Shown: piece by piece, positions 29,188-38,673 of the stretch | Layout: each line of letters begins with the position of its first letter | Position numbering within the stretch: position 1 is the first letter of the stretch | Program-made: the position numbers and the translations under genes | Source: an uncultured Clostridia bacterium | GTDB taxonomy: Bacteria; Bacillota; Clostridia; Oscillospirales; Acutalibacteraceae | Direction: 5' to 3' | Assembly (NCBI GenBank): GCA_938034875.1 | Contig: CALHND010000005.1 | Location: forward strand, 160,385-224,384 | DNA: 64,000 bases | Notes under the pieces: generated by a model | Told to the model about the DNA's origin: nothing | What the model saw: the letters and a program-made list of their open reading frames with translations, nothing else | Database searches by the model: none

Positions 29188-29405
29188 ATTGCCATCTGAA
29201 TCGTAAGATACGGTCTTGCCGTTAAACCGTATGAGTTTGTTATAGAAATCATAGCCAAAACGGTCATTAGGTGCATCGGTAATATTACCTGCGGCATCGT
29301 AGGTGTAATTTTCTTCAGATACTACACAATCACAGCTAAGGCTGATAATCTGACGCTTTGTTACCTTGTTTAAATTATTATCATTTTAACATATTTTGGT
29401 ATTTT
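29140..29405 (-). repeat. RHS junction repeat, copy C (head of the intact cassette)
   Basis: See copy A. Here the repeat is embedded in continuous YD coding sequence. Confidence 0.75.
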
Positions 29406-29585
29406 CTGTAAAGTGTTTTTCCTCGACAATTCTCGACAATAGGTCGTAAGCATACTCAAAGCCCGTAATCACGACACCACCCGATGTTTTTTCCACCGTA
29501 GAGGTAATTCGCTGTTTATTATCATAAACTGTAGTTGTAACACTACCGTCAGGCTTGGTTGCCCCTACTACCCTGTTATTTTCAT
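29405..29585 (-). pseudogene. internal RHS YD-repeat fragment
   Basis: The minus strand reads KDENNRVVGATKPDGSVTTTVYDNKQRITSTVEKTSGGVVITGFEYAYDLLSRIVEEKHFTENTKIC*. A stop codon sits immediately upstream. Confidence 0.55.
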
Positions 29586-30644
29586 CTTTTCAGAAAAGCT
29601 GAACTGCTTAATTTCTCAACTTCATCGACTTGCACAACTTTTCTCAAAAAGCAGTAAAACATTTGCAACAGTTATCTTAGATAAAGCAAATAATGAAAAG
29701 TGAAAAGCAGTAGGCATAAAAACCTACTTCTTTTTATTTGGCAGAGACGGAGAGTCTGATACAAAATGCACAAGGTATTCATGCTTGCGTTTGATAAGTA
29801 AACACCCTCGGAATTTTCTATTTGTTCCGCGTGCAAGGGTGAACATTTCTTATTGACGATGATAAATGGTTTCTGTGATTCGGGTGTTCCTGTGAAACAA
29901 ATGCTCGAACATTATTTTGCCGTTACGCCTGTCACCGTATGAGCCCGTGAAAACGGACTTTCTCTCTACATAATATATGGTTAAAGAATTATTTTTTAAT
30001 TTATATGAAAACTATTGACATTCATACCAATGTGTGCCATTGTAAATTTATGTATTTAAAAGGCGAAAGTTCTTATGGTTCCCTATTTTCCGCGCACTAT
30101 CGCAGATAGAAGGAAAAAAAGCCCTTCCGAATTCTTATTAGATGTTTTTTATGTTACAAAAGGGCTTATGTTATTACAGGTTAAAGAAATAACCGGCATT
30201 GGAACCCCATTAATACAAAACCGGGCAACCAGAGGCTGGATACGAAAACCTATTGAAAAAGGTATTCCGTCGACCATCTGGCAAAGATTATGCTTTTCGA
30301 TATGTTGCGGGGAGTTTTACAAATTAAAAATATAGCCTGTATTATACCTATATCAACGGACAGACAAATGACAGGGACGATGACATAATTCTCGAATTGC
30401 AGCTGTATGTTTACATATACGAAATACTTCACAGCGTGGATATAAAACGATTCTGTCTGGTGGAAAATTAGAGGCTATTATTAAACAAGCCGTTAAAAGC
30501 TATAAACAACCATACAATGGTGCTTTTAAGAAATTGGTGTCTGGCTTACCCATTATTTTAATTTATTATGCTTCTGCTATTAAAAAAGCAAAAGCTGATA
30601 GAATGTTAAACTAGAGAAATATTTATGAAGGGAGGTAGAGCTAT

Positions 30645-31298
30645 ATGTTGGAATGGTGGAACAGTCTTACGCTATTTGGTCAGATTTATGCAGCAATCGC
30701 TATACCTGCAACCATTATTTTAGTGCTTCAGTCCCTTTTGTTGTTTTTAGATTTAGGCTTTGACCATGACGCGGACTTTAGCGGAGGAGATCACGACGTT
30801 GGTGAGGGAGATCATGGTTTTGACGGTGACGACGGTCTTTCCCTATTTACTATAAGGGGAATAGTGGCATTTTTCTCAATAGGTGGATGGACAGGACTTG
30901 CTTGTGAAATGGCTGGATCAGGTGCAATTTTATCCATACTGATTGCTTTTGGTGCAGGAACTATAGCATTAGTCGGCATTGCTGTTTTGTTTAAGTATTC
31001 CTTAAAGCTTCAGAGTCAGGGCAATTTGGATATTCATAATGCTTTAGATAAAGTGGGAAAGGTATATATTCCTATACCCGGTAACAGAAACGGAATGGGC
31101 AAAATATCCGTTATGTTTCAGGCAAAATACACGGAACTTGACGCTGTTACCGAAGACAAGCAAAGCTTAAAAACTGGTGAGATGGCAAAAATAACAGCCT
31201 TAATTGACGAACAGACTGTTTTGGTTACCCGCAAAATTTCTAACAAAGAAGATTCCCGTAAGACATCATTAAATGAAATTGGAGGTATCTCAAAATGA
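30645..31298 (+). CDS. NfeD-like membrane protein (flotillin-associated, YuaF-type)
   Basis: N-terminal TM helices, an acidic DHD-rich loop and a C-terminal OB-like soluble domain. The stop overlaps the flotillin start (ATGA). Confidence 0.65.
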   Translation: MLEWWNSLTLFGQIYAAIAIPATIILVLQSLLLFLDLGFDHDADFSGGDHDVGEGDHGFDGDDGLSLFTIRGIVAFFSIGGWTGLACEMAGSGAILSILIAFGAGTIALVGIAVLFKYSLKLQSQGNLDIHNALDKVGKVYIPIPGNRNGMGKISVMFQAKYTELDAVTEDKQSLKTGEMAKITALIDEQTVLVTRKISNKEDSRKTSLNEIGGISK

Positions 31299-32707
31299 AC
31301 CCAGTAATTATCGTGTTAATATCCGTGGCGGCGGTTTTAATCTTTACAACCTTTGTAGTAATTCTATCAAGGTACCGTAAATGTCCATCCGACAAAATTT
31401 TGGTGGTTTACGGAAAAATAGGCACCAATAAGGACGGTACATACAGAAGTGCAAAATGTATTCACGGCGGTGCGGCCTTTATAGTACCTGTGCTTCAATC
31501 CTATGAATACATGGATTTAACACCAATGTCCATATCCGTTGACTTAAAAAATGCCCTTTCAAAGCAAAATATCCGTATTGATGTCCCTTCAAGATTTACC
31601 GTTGGTATTTCGGTTGAGCAGGGAGTCATGCAAAATGCGGCAGAGCGCCTTTTGGGCTTAAAGCTTACGGAAATTCAGGAGCTGGCAAAGGATATTATCT
31701 TCGGTCAGCTAAGACTAATTATTGCGACAATGGATATTGAGGAAATCAATACCGACCGTGACAAGTTTTTGGCTGCCGTGTCTAATAACGTAGAGTCAGA
31801 GCTTAAGAAGATTGGTCTTCGCCTTATAAACGTTAACGTAACCGATATTACCGACGAATCGGGATATATCGTTGCGTTAGGTAAGGAAGCGGCGGCTAAG
31901 GCCATTAACGATGCAAAAATTTCTGTTGCAGAGGCTGACCGTCAGGGTGCTATTGGTGAAGCCAACGCTAAAAGAGACCAGAGAATTTCCGTATCCCTTG
32001 CCGATTCAGCAGCTATACAGGGTGAAAACGAAGCTAGGGCACTGGTCGCAGACTCAAACGCAACCTTGAATGAAAAGCAGGCCGAAGCCCTTCGTCGTTC
32101 AACCGCATCGGAAAAAATTCAAGCCGCCAAAGCGTTGCTTGAAGCATATTCTGCAGAGCAGGAAGCGGAAAAGGCGCGTTTTGCTCGCGAACAGGCCACC
32201 TTGGAAGCCGATATTATTGTTAAGGCCGAAATAGATAAGAGAAGAAAAGAAGTGGAGGCCGAAGCCGAAGCCGAACAGCTAAGACGCCGCGCAAGAGGTG
32301 AAGCCGATGCCATATTCGCAAAAATGGAAGCCGAAGCGCGTGGTTTACAGGAAATTATGACCAAGCAAGCACTCGGCCTTTCGAAAATTGTGGAAGCTGC
32401 AGGCGGAAATGCCAACGATGCCGTTAAGCTTATGATCGCGGAGAAAATTGAAGATCTTGTTAAAACTCAGGTTGAAGCAATTAAGAATATCAAGATTGAC
32501 AAGGTCACCGTTTGGGATAGTATGGGCGGCAAGGATGGTACTCCGGCAACAGCAAACTTTCTGTCGGGTATGATGAAGTCAATTCCTCCGATGAACGAAA
32601 TGTTCAATATGGCAGGAATGGAGCTTCCCGAATTCTTGGGAAAGAATAAAAACGAAATTACAGAAATGATAGAAAACGAGATAATTGCGGAAGCAAAACA
32701 CGAATAA
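31295..32707 (+). CDS. flotillin family protein (SPFH/band-7; FloT/YuaG-like)
   Basis: N-terminal membrane hairpin and SPFH domain, followed by long Ala/Glu-rich coiled-coil EA repeats (EAEAEAEQLRRRARGEADAI). 470 aa. Confidence 0.85.
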   Translation: MNPVIIVLISVAAVLIFTTFVVILSRYRKCPSDKILVVYGKIGTNKDGTYRSAKCIHGGAAFIVPVLQSYEYMDLTPMSISVDLKNALSKQNIRIDVPSRFTVGISVEQGVMQNAAERLLGLKLTEIQELAKDIIFGQLRLIIATMDIEEINTDRDKFLAAVSNNVESELKKIGLRLINVNVTDITDESGYIVALGKEAAAKAINDAKISVAEADRQGAIGEANAKRDQRISVSLADSAAIQGENEARALVADSNATLNEKQAEALRRSTASEKIQAAKALLEAYSAEQEAEKARFAREQATLEADIIVKAEIDKRRKEVEAEAEAEQLRRRARGEADAIFAKMEAEARGLQEIMTKQALGLSKIVEAAGGNANDAVKLMIAEKIEDLVKTQVEAIKNIKIDKVTVWDSMGGKDGTPATANFLSGMMKSIPPMNEMFNMAGMELPEFLGKNKNEITEMIENEIIAEAKHE

Positions 32708-32773
32708 ACAACATAGATAAAAACAAAATTTGTCAGTTAAAGGCTGCATCTTAGCGGCTTTTAATTGCGGGAA

Positions 32774-32820
32774 AATACCGGCATAGTTTGATAGCTAATA
32801 TCTAACATGCCGGTTTTTCT
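32774..32820 (+). terminator. rho-independent terminator after flotillin
   Basis: AAATACCGGCAT-(21 nt)-ATGCCGGTTTTTCTTG. Confidence 0.6.
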
Positions 32821-33214
32821 TGTTTTGGAGTGAATGCAGAACCTGATGAATTATAATTTAAACACTTTTTAAACCATTTTTATACGTTGTACTCATTAGC
32901 TATACAAGAACTGACGCAGAGAAAATGATAGTATATTGGATATTTGGAGAAACTTAAGGCAAGCGGAGAAACCCAGCTTCTGACCGCTGACCCTAGGACT
33001 TTTTGAAATGCCACCGTTCACCACGATGGCAAAAATACAAGTCAAGAACGGAGCAGAAATTTAGGTTGGATTTTAAGACCCAACCTCTTTTTTGCCCCTT
33101 TGCAATCTATAATTTGCAAAGATGTACACCACTCCAAAAAAGTGATCATCCCTCCTGTAAATTGTAAATGAAAGAGGTATTGACGAATATATTGCATCGT
33201 GATATAGTGACAAT

Positions 33215-33541
33215 GTGACACGTCGCACTAAAACGAGAGGCGATGTTTTAAATATCGAAAAACTGTTAAAATCATACATTCCTATGACAGAAACTGCTTA
33301 TTATATATTACTTTCACTTAGTAGTAAAAGGCACGGATATGGAGTCATCAAATTTGTTGAGGAACTAACAGAAAGCAGAATAAAGCTTGTATCTGGCACG
33401 GTTTAAAGTACGTTGACGAAGATGCAAAAAGACGGAATCATCACTATTTATTCTGATGAACAGCGAAAAACAGTATATCAGATTACTTCAATTGGAAATC
33501 AACTAATTAAGGTTGAAATCGGCCGAATCAAAAAGCTTTAT
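33215..33541 (+). pseudogene. PadR family transcriptional regulator interrupted by an in-frame TAA
   Basis: Reads ...HGYGVIKFVEELTESRIKLVSGTV*STLTKMQKDGIITIY... The TAA at 33404-33406 falls where PadR proteins carry the conserved Tyr of the GTLYPTL motif. A TAT/TAC to TAA change is a single-base difference. Confidence 0.6.
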
Positions 33542-33572
33542 TCAGATACAGTTTCACAGGAGGAATATTTTA

Positions 33573-34793
33573 ATGATTAGAAAATTTAGACCGTTTTGGA
33601 GCTATGATATTTTAAAAACAGAGGCATGGTTAAATAAGATGAGCTTAAACGGGTATCACTTGAAACATATTAATTTTATATCTAGAATATTTGTTTTTGA
33701 AAAAGATAAAAGTATGAATATTCGTTATCATATTTGCTATGAAAAAAGTTTTAATGGACAACTTTCAGCCCAAATGGTTAATGCCGGGTGGGAATGTCTT
33801 TTAACCAACTCTCGATTCTGTGTTCTCAGAACCACCTGCGAAAACCCAACTGCGACCCCGTCTTATGAAAATATTTTGGAGAGAAACAGAAAGATTAAAC
33901 TTGTTGTTGGTATTATATTATTGATAATAATTTGTTTGCAACTGCCAATGCTTCTGATATTTGGTATTGTATTCCTTATTGTGCTTACTGGAAACTTTAC
34001 TGTGGAATATAGTGAATCTCTTGAAAATGCTCCCCAAGCAATAGATGTTATTTTAGGGACACTAATACCTTTTGCCGTCTTATTATCTATTTCTTGGCTT
34101 GTTTATACTTTCTTTAAATTAAGAGCATCCAATAAGTATATTGAAACTAATTATTCTGTCATGCCTAATCTAAGCTTTACAATACCAACTGCTGGACTTA
34201 TGAGTAAAATTGATGAAAAATTATTAATTAAATCCAAAAAAATGATTCGGAAAGGAAAACTGGCTTGGTTCTATGCCCCCGATAAAGCTGAACATTGGCT
34301 TGAGGAGATGGAATTAAAAGGATACAATTTGTATCGAATGAGTAAAACAGGAAGCAGTTTTTATTTTATAAAAGGCGCACCAAGAAAGATGAAATATGCC
34401 GTTGATTATCAAAATAAGACGGGACCTTCATATTTTGCTTTTAATACTGAATGTGGTTGGAAACTGGTGTTTACATCTTTATCAAGATCTCAAGCCATCA
34501 CAGTATGGTCGCATGAATATATTGAAGACGAAAATATACCGGAATTTTATAGTGATGATCAATCAAAAATAAAGCACGCAAAAAGATTTGCTTTAACATA
34601 TTCACTTTGTTTCTTACCGGCATGTATTTTATATATTGCAATTATAATAATTGAGTTATATACCAGTAATGGCAACACTATCCCTTGGGCAACTTTGCTA
34701 ATTTTTACACTTTTAGTTATCGAGTCTGTAGCATTTGCATTTACAACAATATTTTATTATTTTAGGGTCAAGAAAAAGTTGGAAACCAAGTGA
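33573..34793 (+). CDS. DUF2812 domain membrane protein (tandem duplicated), PadR-associated
   Basis: Two DUF2812-like halves: the first has WSYDILKTEAWLNKMSLNGYHL and the second has APDKAEHWLEEMELKGYNL. TM segments lie between and after them. The six-frame ORF extends to 33513. Confidence 0.55.
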   Translation: MIRKFRPFWSYDILKTEAWLNKMSLNGYHLKHINFISRIFVFEKDKSMNIRYHICYEKSFNGQLSAQMVNAGWECLLTNSRFCVLRTTCENPTATPSYENILERNRKIKLVVGIILLIIICLQLPMLLIFGIVFLIVLTGNFTVEYSESLENAPQAIDVILGTLIPFAVLLSISWLVYTFFKLRASNKYIETNYSVMPNLSFTIPTAGLMSKIDEKLLIKSKKMIRKGKLAWFYAPDKAEHWLEEMELKGYNLYRMSKTGSSFYFIKGAPRKMKYAVDYQNKTGPSYFAFNTECGWKLVFTSLSRSQAITVWSHEYIEDENIPEFYSDDQSKIKHAKRFALTYSLCFLPACILYIAIIIIELYTSNGNTIPWATLLIFTLLVIESVAFAFTTIFYYFRVKKKLETK

Positions 34794-34931
34794 GTATCGA
34801 AAAAGCTCATTTGATTTATAAATCAAAGGTATCATCGGCAGAAGCCATGGCAGGATGGCTTGTTATACCGGAGTTTACAGGCATAAAAAGCAAGTGGTCT
34901 GAGCAGCTTTCACTGCTCAGACCACTTGCTT

Positions 34932-35020
34932 TGGCGGAGACGGAGAGATTCGAACTCTCGTGCGATTTCTCGCAAACGCATTTCGAGTGCGCCCCGTTAT
35001 GACCACTTCGATACGTCTCC
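34932..35020 (-). tRNA. tRNA-Ser (anticodon CGA), class II with a long variable arm
   Basis: The 7-bp acceptor stem GGAGACG/CGTCTCC folds. Anticodon stem GCGCA/TGCGT with loop CTCGAAA. Variable arm TGCGAgaaaTCGCA. T arm GAGAG-TTCGAAT-CTCTC. CCA is encoded. Confidence 0.8.
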
Positions 35021-35059
35021 ATATTATAAATCGGCGAGAATGACTCGCGCGACCTTAAT

Positions 35060-35088
35060 ATTATAATTACATTTTCCATTCATGTCAA
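35060..35088 (-). promoter_or_regulatory. sigma-A type promoter for tRNA-Ser(CGA)
   Basis: Minus strand TTGACA-17 nt-TATAAT about 35 nt upstream of the tRNA 5' end. Confidence 0.5.
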
Positions 35089-35565
35089 GATAATTTGCAT
35101 ATACGGCTGTATTTGTTCAGCCAAATGGTCTGAATGGTTAATATTATTATGATGTTCATGCGATAAGTTGTACTTTGACTGCAATCTTTGCACGAGCCGA
35201 GCCCTGCATTTTCTCGAGCAAACAACATAACCCCGTAATGCGTCCCTCTTTTGTAACTGATTTAACTGGAATCCCTCCCTCCACGGGTGATTTACTTTGC
35301 CTACCACCGCAAATAACATTTGCGACTGCTCATTCACCACACCTAAAAACATTATTTGTGCATTCCAGCACAACGGCCAGACTTCGCATTTTATCCGCTC
35401 GAATTTCAGCTTTTTAAAACCGGCTGAAAGCCCCATGCCCTTTTTTATATTTTACCACTAAATTTCCTATCTAATAACCTCATTAATTTGTTCAAAAGAC
35501 TTGAAATAGCATGAAAAAAGGGTTAAAATTAATTATATTGTATTTTTTGAAAGGATATGTTATAA

Positions 35566-36141
35566 ATGGCAAAAGTTTTAGTTGAAACCTCTGCTCGCCA
35601 CATTCACCTATCACGTAAGGCACTGGACATTCTGTTTGGCGAGGGCTACGAGCTCACCCCCAAAAAGGAGCTTTCTCAGCCCGGTCAGTTTGCGTGTGAA
35701 GAAAGAGTCACCGTTGTCGGCCCTAAAAAGGAGCTTGCCGGTGTATCAATTCTCGGACCCGTACGCCCCGATACTCAACTTGAGCTGTCCCTTACAGACG
35801 CTCGTTCAATCGGTATAAGCGCACCTATTCGTGAATCAGGCGATATTAAAGGATCTGCCGGCTGCAAGCTGGTCGGACCTAAAGGAGAGCTTGAAATTAG
35901 CGAAGGAGTTATCATTGCTAAGCGCCACATTCACATGACTCCCGAAGATGCTGAGCTTTTTGGTGTAAAGGATACTCAGGTCGTAAAGGTCGCTGTTGAA
36001 TCGAACGATCGCAGCCTCATTTTTGGTGATGTAGTTGTTCGCGTCAGCCCGAAATATGCTCTCGCTATGCACATCGACACCGACGAATCCAATGCCGCGG
36101 GCATGGCTCCAGGCACAATGGGCGAAGTTATTACAGACTGA
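35566..36141 (+). CDS. pduL: phosphate propanoyltransferase PduL family
   Basis: Two tandem PduL repeats (SARHIHLS ... GPVR and AKRHIHMTPEDAELFG...). 191 aa. Confidence 0.8.
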   Translation: MAKVLVETSARHIHLSRKALDILFGEGYELTPKKELSQPGQFACEERVTVVGPKKELAGVSILGPVRPDTQLELSLTDARSIGISAPIRESGDIKGSAGCKLVGPKGELEISEGVIIAKRHIHMTPEDAELFGVKDTQVVKVAVESNDRSLIFGDVVVRVSPKYALAMHIDTDESNAAGMAPGTMGEVITD

Positions 36142-36270
36142 TTTTGCATAAACTAAACAGAAACATTAAATTTTAATTTTTCTGTTTACATATGCTTTGC
36201 CCCATTTTGAACCGCAAAAATAATAAAACCGCCATTTCAGCACATAATATTGCCGAAAGGCGGTTTTTTT

Positions 36271-36639
36271 ATGGAAATGTTTATGGAATACCTTTGGGCA
36301 TTCGTGATAGGCGGCGCATTTTGCGTGGTTGGACAGCTACTTATTGACTTTACAAAGCTGACCCCCGCACGAATTTTGGTCGGTTATGTAGTCGCCGGTG
36401 TTATAATCAGCGCATTAGGTCTGTATCAGCCGCTGGTTGAATTTGCAGGTGCGGGCGCAACTGTGCCGCTGACCGGATTTGGTCATTTACTTGCAAAGGG
36501 AGTACGACAGGCGATAGGCAGCGATGGTTTCATCGGTATTTTGACCGGCGGACTTACGGCAGCAGCCGGCGGAATTGCGGCAAGCGTATTTTTCGGATAT
36601 GTCGTTTCCCTGATTGCAAAGCCAAAAATGCGAAACTAA
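36271..36639 (+). CDS. SpoVAC/SpoVAEB family sporulation membrane protein
   Basis: ~120 aa with four hydrophobic helices and Gly-rich motifs (GFGHLLAKG, GILTGGLTAAAGG) typical of the SpoVAC/SpoVAEB family. The ORF track starts at 36250. Confidence 0.55.
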   Translation: MEMFMEYLWAFVIGGAFCVVGQLLIDFTKLTPARILVGYVVAGVIISALGLYQPLVEFAGAGATVPLTGFGHLLAKGVRQAIGSDGFIGILTGGLTAAAGGIAASVFFGYVVSLIAKPKMRN

Positions 36640-36686
36640 TATATTAAAACTCCGCCGAAAACATTCGGCGGAGTTTTTTCAGTAAA

Positions 36687-38462
36687 TTACCATGATGCAT
36701 TCGAAATCTCAGCAATTTGTTTCCAGTTTTCTTTAATCAAATTGGCCGCTTTTATGTGACTGGTATTATACAAACGAAAATCGCTATTTTCTTCGTACAA
36801 TTGTATATCAGATACTATGAACCATTCATAGTCATCAGTGTAATCCTCTTCATAATCACCATAATTATAAGCTGAATTAACAAGAGCCTCGGCGGCTTCT
36901 TGTTTGAACTCTGGCTCATTAAGCAGGTCAACAAGATACGGCACCCCTGCATCACCAAGATAACCGAAATATTCCACATCAAGATCATTCACTACTCCTG
37001 CACGGTATGCTTCATGATTGTAGTAGGCAATGACTGTGTTCACATCTGCAACCGAAACGGCAACACCGATCGCTGCAATTATTGCGGCGCAAACCTTGAA
37101 ATACGGGAAGCGACGAACGCAGAGTCGAATTAAAGCACAAATAAAAACTACTGCAAGCATGGCACTGAAAATGGTCGTATAAACCCTCATTTTTGCCAGC
37201 CCAAAATTATTCATATACAGCGCTAGCTTTGCACATACTGTGAAAATAATAGCGAGCGAAAATGCGATTATAAACACACATAGTCCTTTGGTAGCGCGGG
37301 GAACTTCTCCTCGCTCATTTTTTCGTGTTAGTATAAACGTAATGCCGACCAAAATTAGATTTATTGCGCATATTACAGTCATTTCAAAGAATCCACGACG
37401 AGCGTACTCTGCCACTGTAAAATTTTCCGGTAATAGTCCCGAAAATGCGCTAAAAAAGTATGTCATCTGCGACAGTATATATACTGCATATACAAACGAA
37501 ACAACCCCAAAAAAACTGTTGACAGCAATGGGATTAAGTCCCTTGACTTTTGTTGTTTTGTTGTCGTCATGACGCACAACTATCTTTTTTGTCGCTGCAA
37601 ATATTGAGGTGAAAACCAGAACGAAAAATACGCAACCAAGCACTATTGACCCAAATAACCGAGGCAGGTCGGAAAATATTGTGTTCTTAAGCAGTTGCTC
37701 AAACGCAGCATCGGAGGCCACTAGAAGAGGCAATATTATAATCAGCGCCGGCACAGCACACGCCAAGCCTATAAGCGCCGCAGTGTAACGCTTGCGCCTT
37801 AACGAAATGTTATTTTCCGATGCACACACTGACCCGAAAAATGTTTCCATGCGCTCAAACGGCGTTACAAACATAATACGCAAAACATCAAGTGCACCAC
37901 GCCAACCGTTTTGTGAATATTGACCGCTTTTTGTAAAATCAATAAGTGAAATTGTAAGCAGTATCCACACAGCGATTACCTGAATGAACTTTGATTCTAA
38001 GCTGTTATAAACAGTAAATGTGGCTGCAATGGCCACAGCACAAATGGCACAATAACCACCGAACAGGGTAAAACGGTTGCCTCCGCAAGCATAAAAGCAT
38101 ATGAACACCGTAACCAGTACAGTTGATATTGAATATCCCATGTTGAATCCGCCAAACAGCCCCAAATCAACCGATACAATTGACAGCACACAGAAAATTA
38201 TTGCAAAAACGGCATCTCGTGCGGTAATGGGTACACGCAGCTTTGGTTTTGGAACATATGCTGAGTAATATCCATTACCCTGTGCCGGCTGTGCATTTTG
38301 TGCCGGCTGCGCAAAAGGCGGCGCTGTTGCGTAAGGCGTCTGAGGCGGCAAATTTTGTTGTGACTGATACGCGGTATCTGACGAATATACTGGTTTTATA
38401 TTTCTACTTGGCGGCGCTTCGTTTGGAGCATTAACATTATTAAACTGATTATCCATGGTCAT
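36687..38462 (-). CDS. large polytopic membrane protein (DUF4153-like) with a Pro/Gln-rich N-terminus
   Basis: 591 aa. A low-complexity N-terminus (PPQTPYATAPPFAQPAQNAQPAQG), 10 or more TM helices and an acidic C-terminal tail. It overlaps the stop of the XRE gene. Confidence 0.45.
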   Translation of the reverse strand: MTMDNQFNNVNAPNEAPPSRNIKPVYSSDTAYQSQQNLPPQTPYATAPPFAQPAQNAQPAQGNGYYSAYVPKPKLRVPITARDAVFAIIFCVLSIVSVDLGLFGGFNMGYSISTVLVTVFICFYACGGNRFTLFGGYCAICAVAIAATFTVYNSLESKFIQVIAVWILLTISLIDFTKSGQYSQNGWRGALDVLRIMFVTPFERMETFFGSVCASENNISLRRKRYTAALIGLACAVPALIIILPLLVASDAAFEQLLKNTIFSDLPRLFGSIVLGCVFFVLVFTSIFAATKKIVVRHDDNKTTKVKGLNPIAVNSFFGVVSFVYAVYILSQMTYFFSAFSGLLPENFTVAEYARRGFFEMTVICAINLILVGITFILTRKNERGEVPRATKGLCVFIIAFSLAIIFTVCAKLALYMNNFGLAKMRVYTTIFSAMLAVVFICALIRLCVRRFPYFKVCAAIIAAIGVAVSVADVNTVIAYYNHEAYRAGVVNDLDVEYFGYLGDAGVPYLVDLLNEPEFKQEAAEALVNSAYNYGDYEEDYTDDYEWFIVSDIQLYEENSDFRLYNTSHIKAANLIKENWKQIAEISNASW

Positions 38463-38634
38463 CCTCCTTAAATTCCAGTATATCTCCAGGCTGGCATCCC
38501 AGTTCTTTGCAAATGGCCTCCAGCGTAGAAAACCGTATTGCCCTTGCCTTGCCCGTCTTTAAAATCGAAAGGTTTGCAGGTGTAATGTCAATTTTCTCGG
38601 CAAGTTCGAGCGATGAAATTTTATTCTTTGCCAT
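38449..38634 (-). CDS. XRE-family (YozG-like) helix-turn-helix transcriptional regulator
   Basis: MAKNKISSLELAEKIDITPANLSILKTGKARAIRFSTLEAICKELGCQPGDILEF matches the ~65-aa Cro/C1 HTH family. Confidence 0.7.
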   Translation of the reverse strand: MAKNKISSLELAEKIDITPANLSILKTGKARAIRFSTLEAICKELGCQPGDILEFKEDDHG

Positions 38635-38673
38635 TACTACATCTAAATTTACTACAATCATATCTTTTTCCGC

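Noticed and set aside
35080-35436. 118-aa minus-strand ORF and 80-aa plus-strand ORF in the tRNA-pduL gap
   Set aside because: No RBS and poor coding composition. The region better fits the promoter/leader of the tRNA-Ser and pduL genes.
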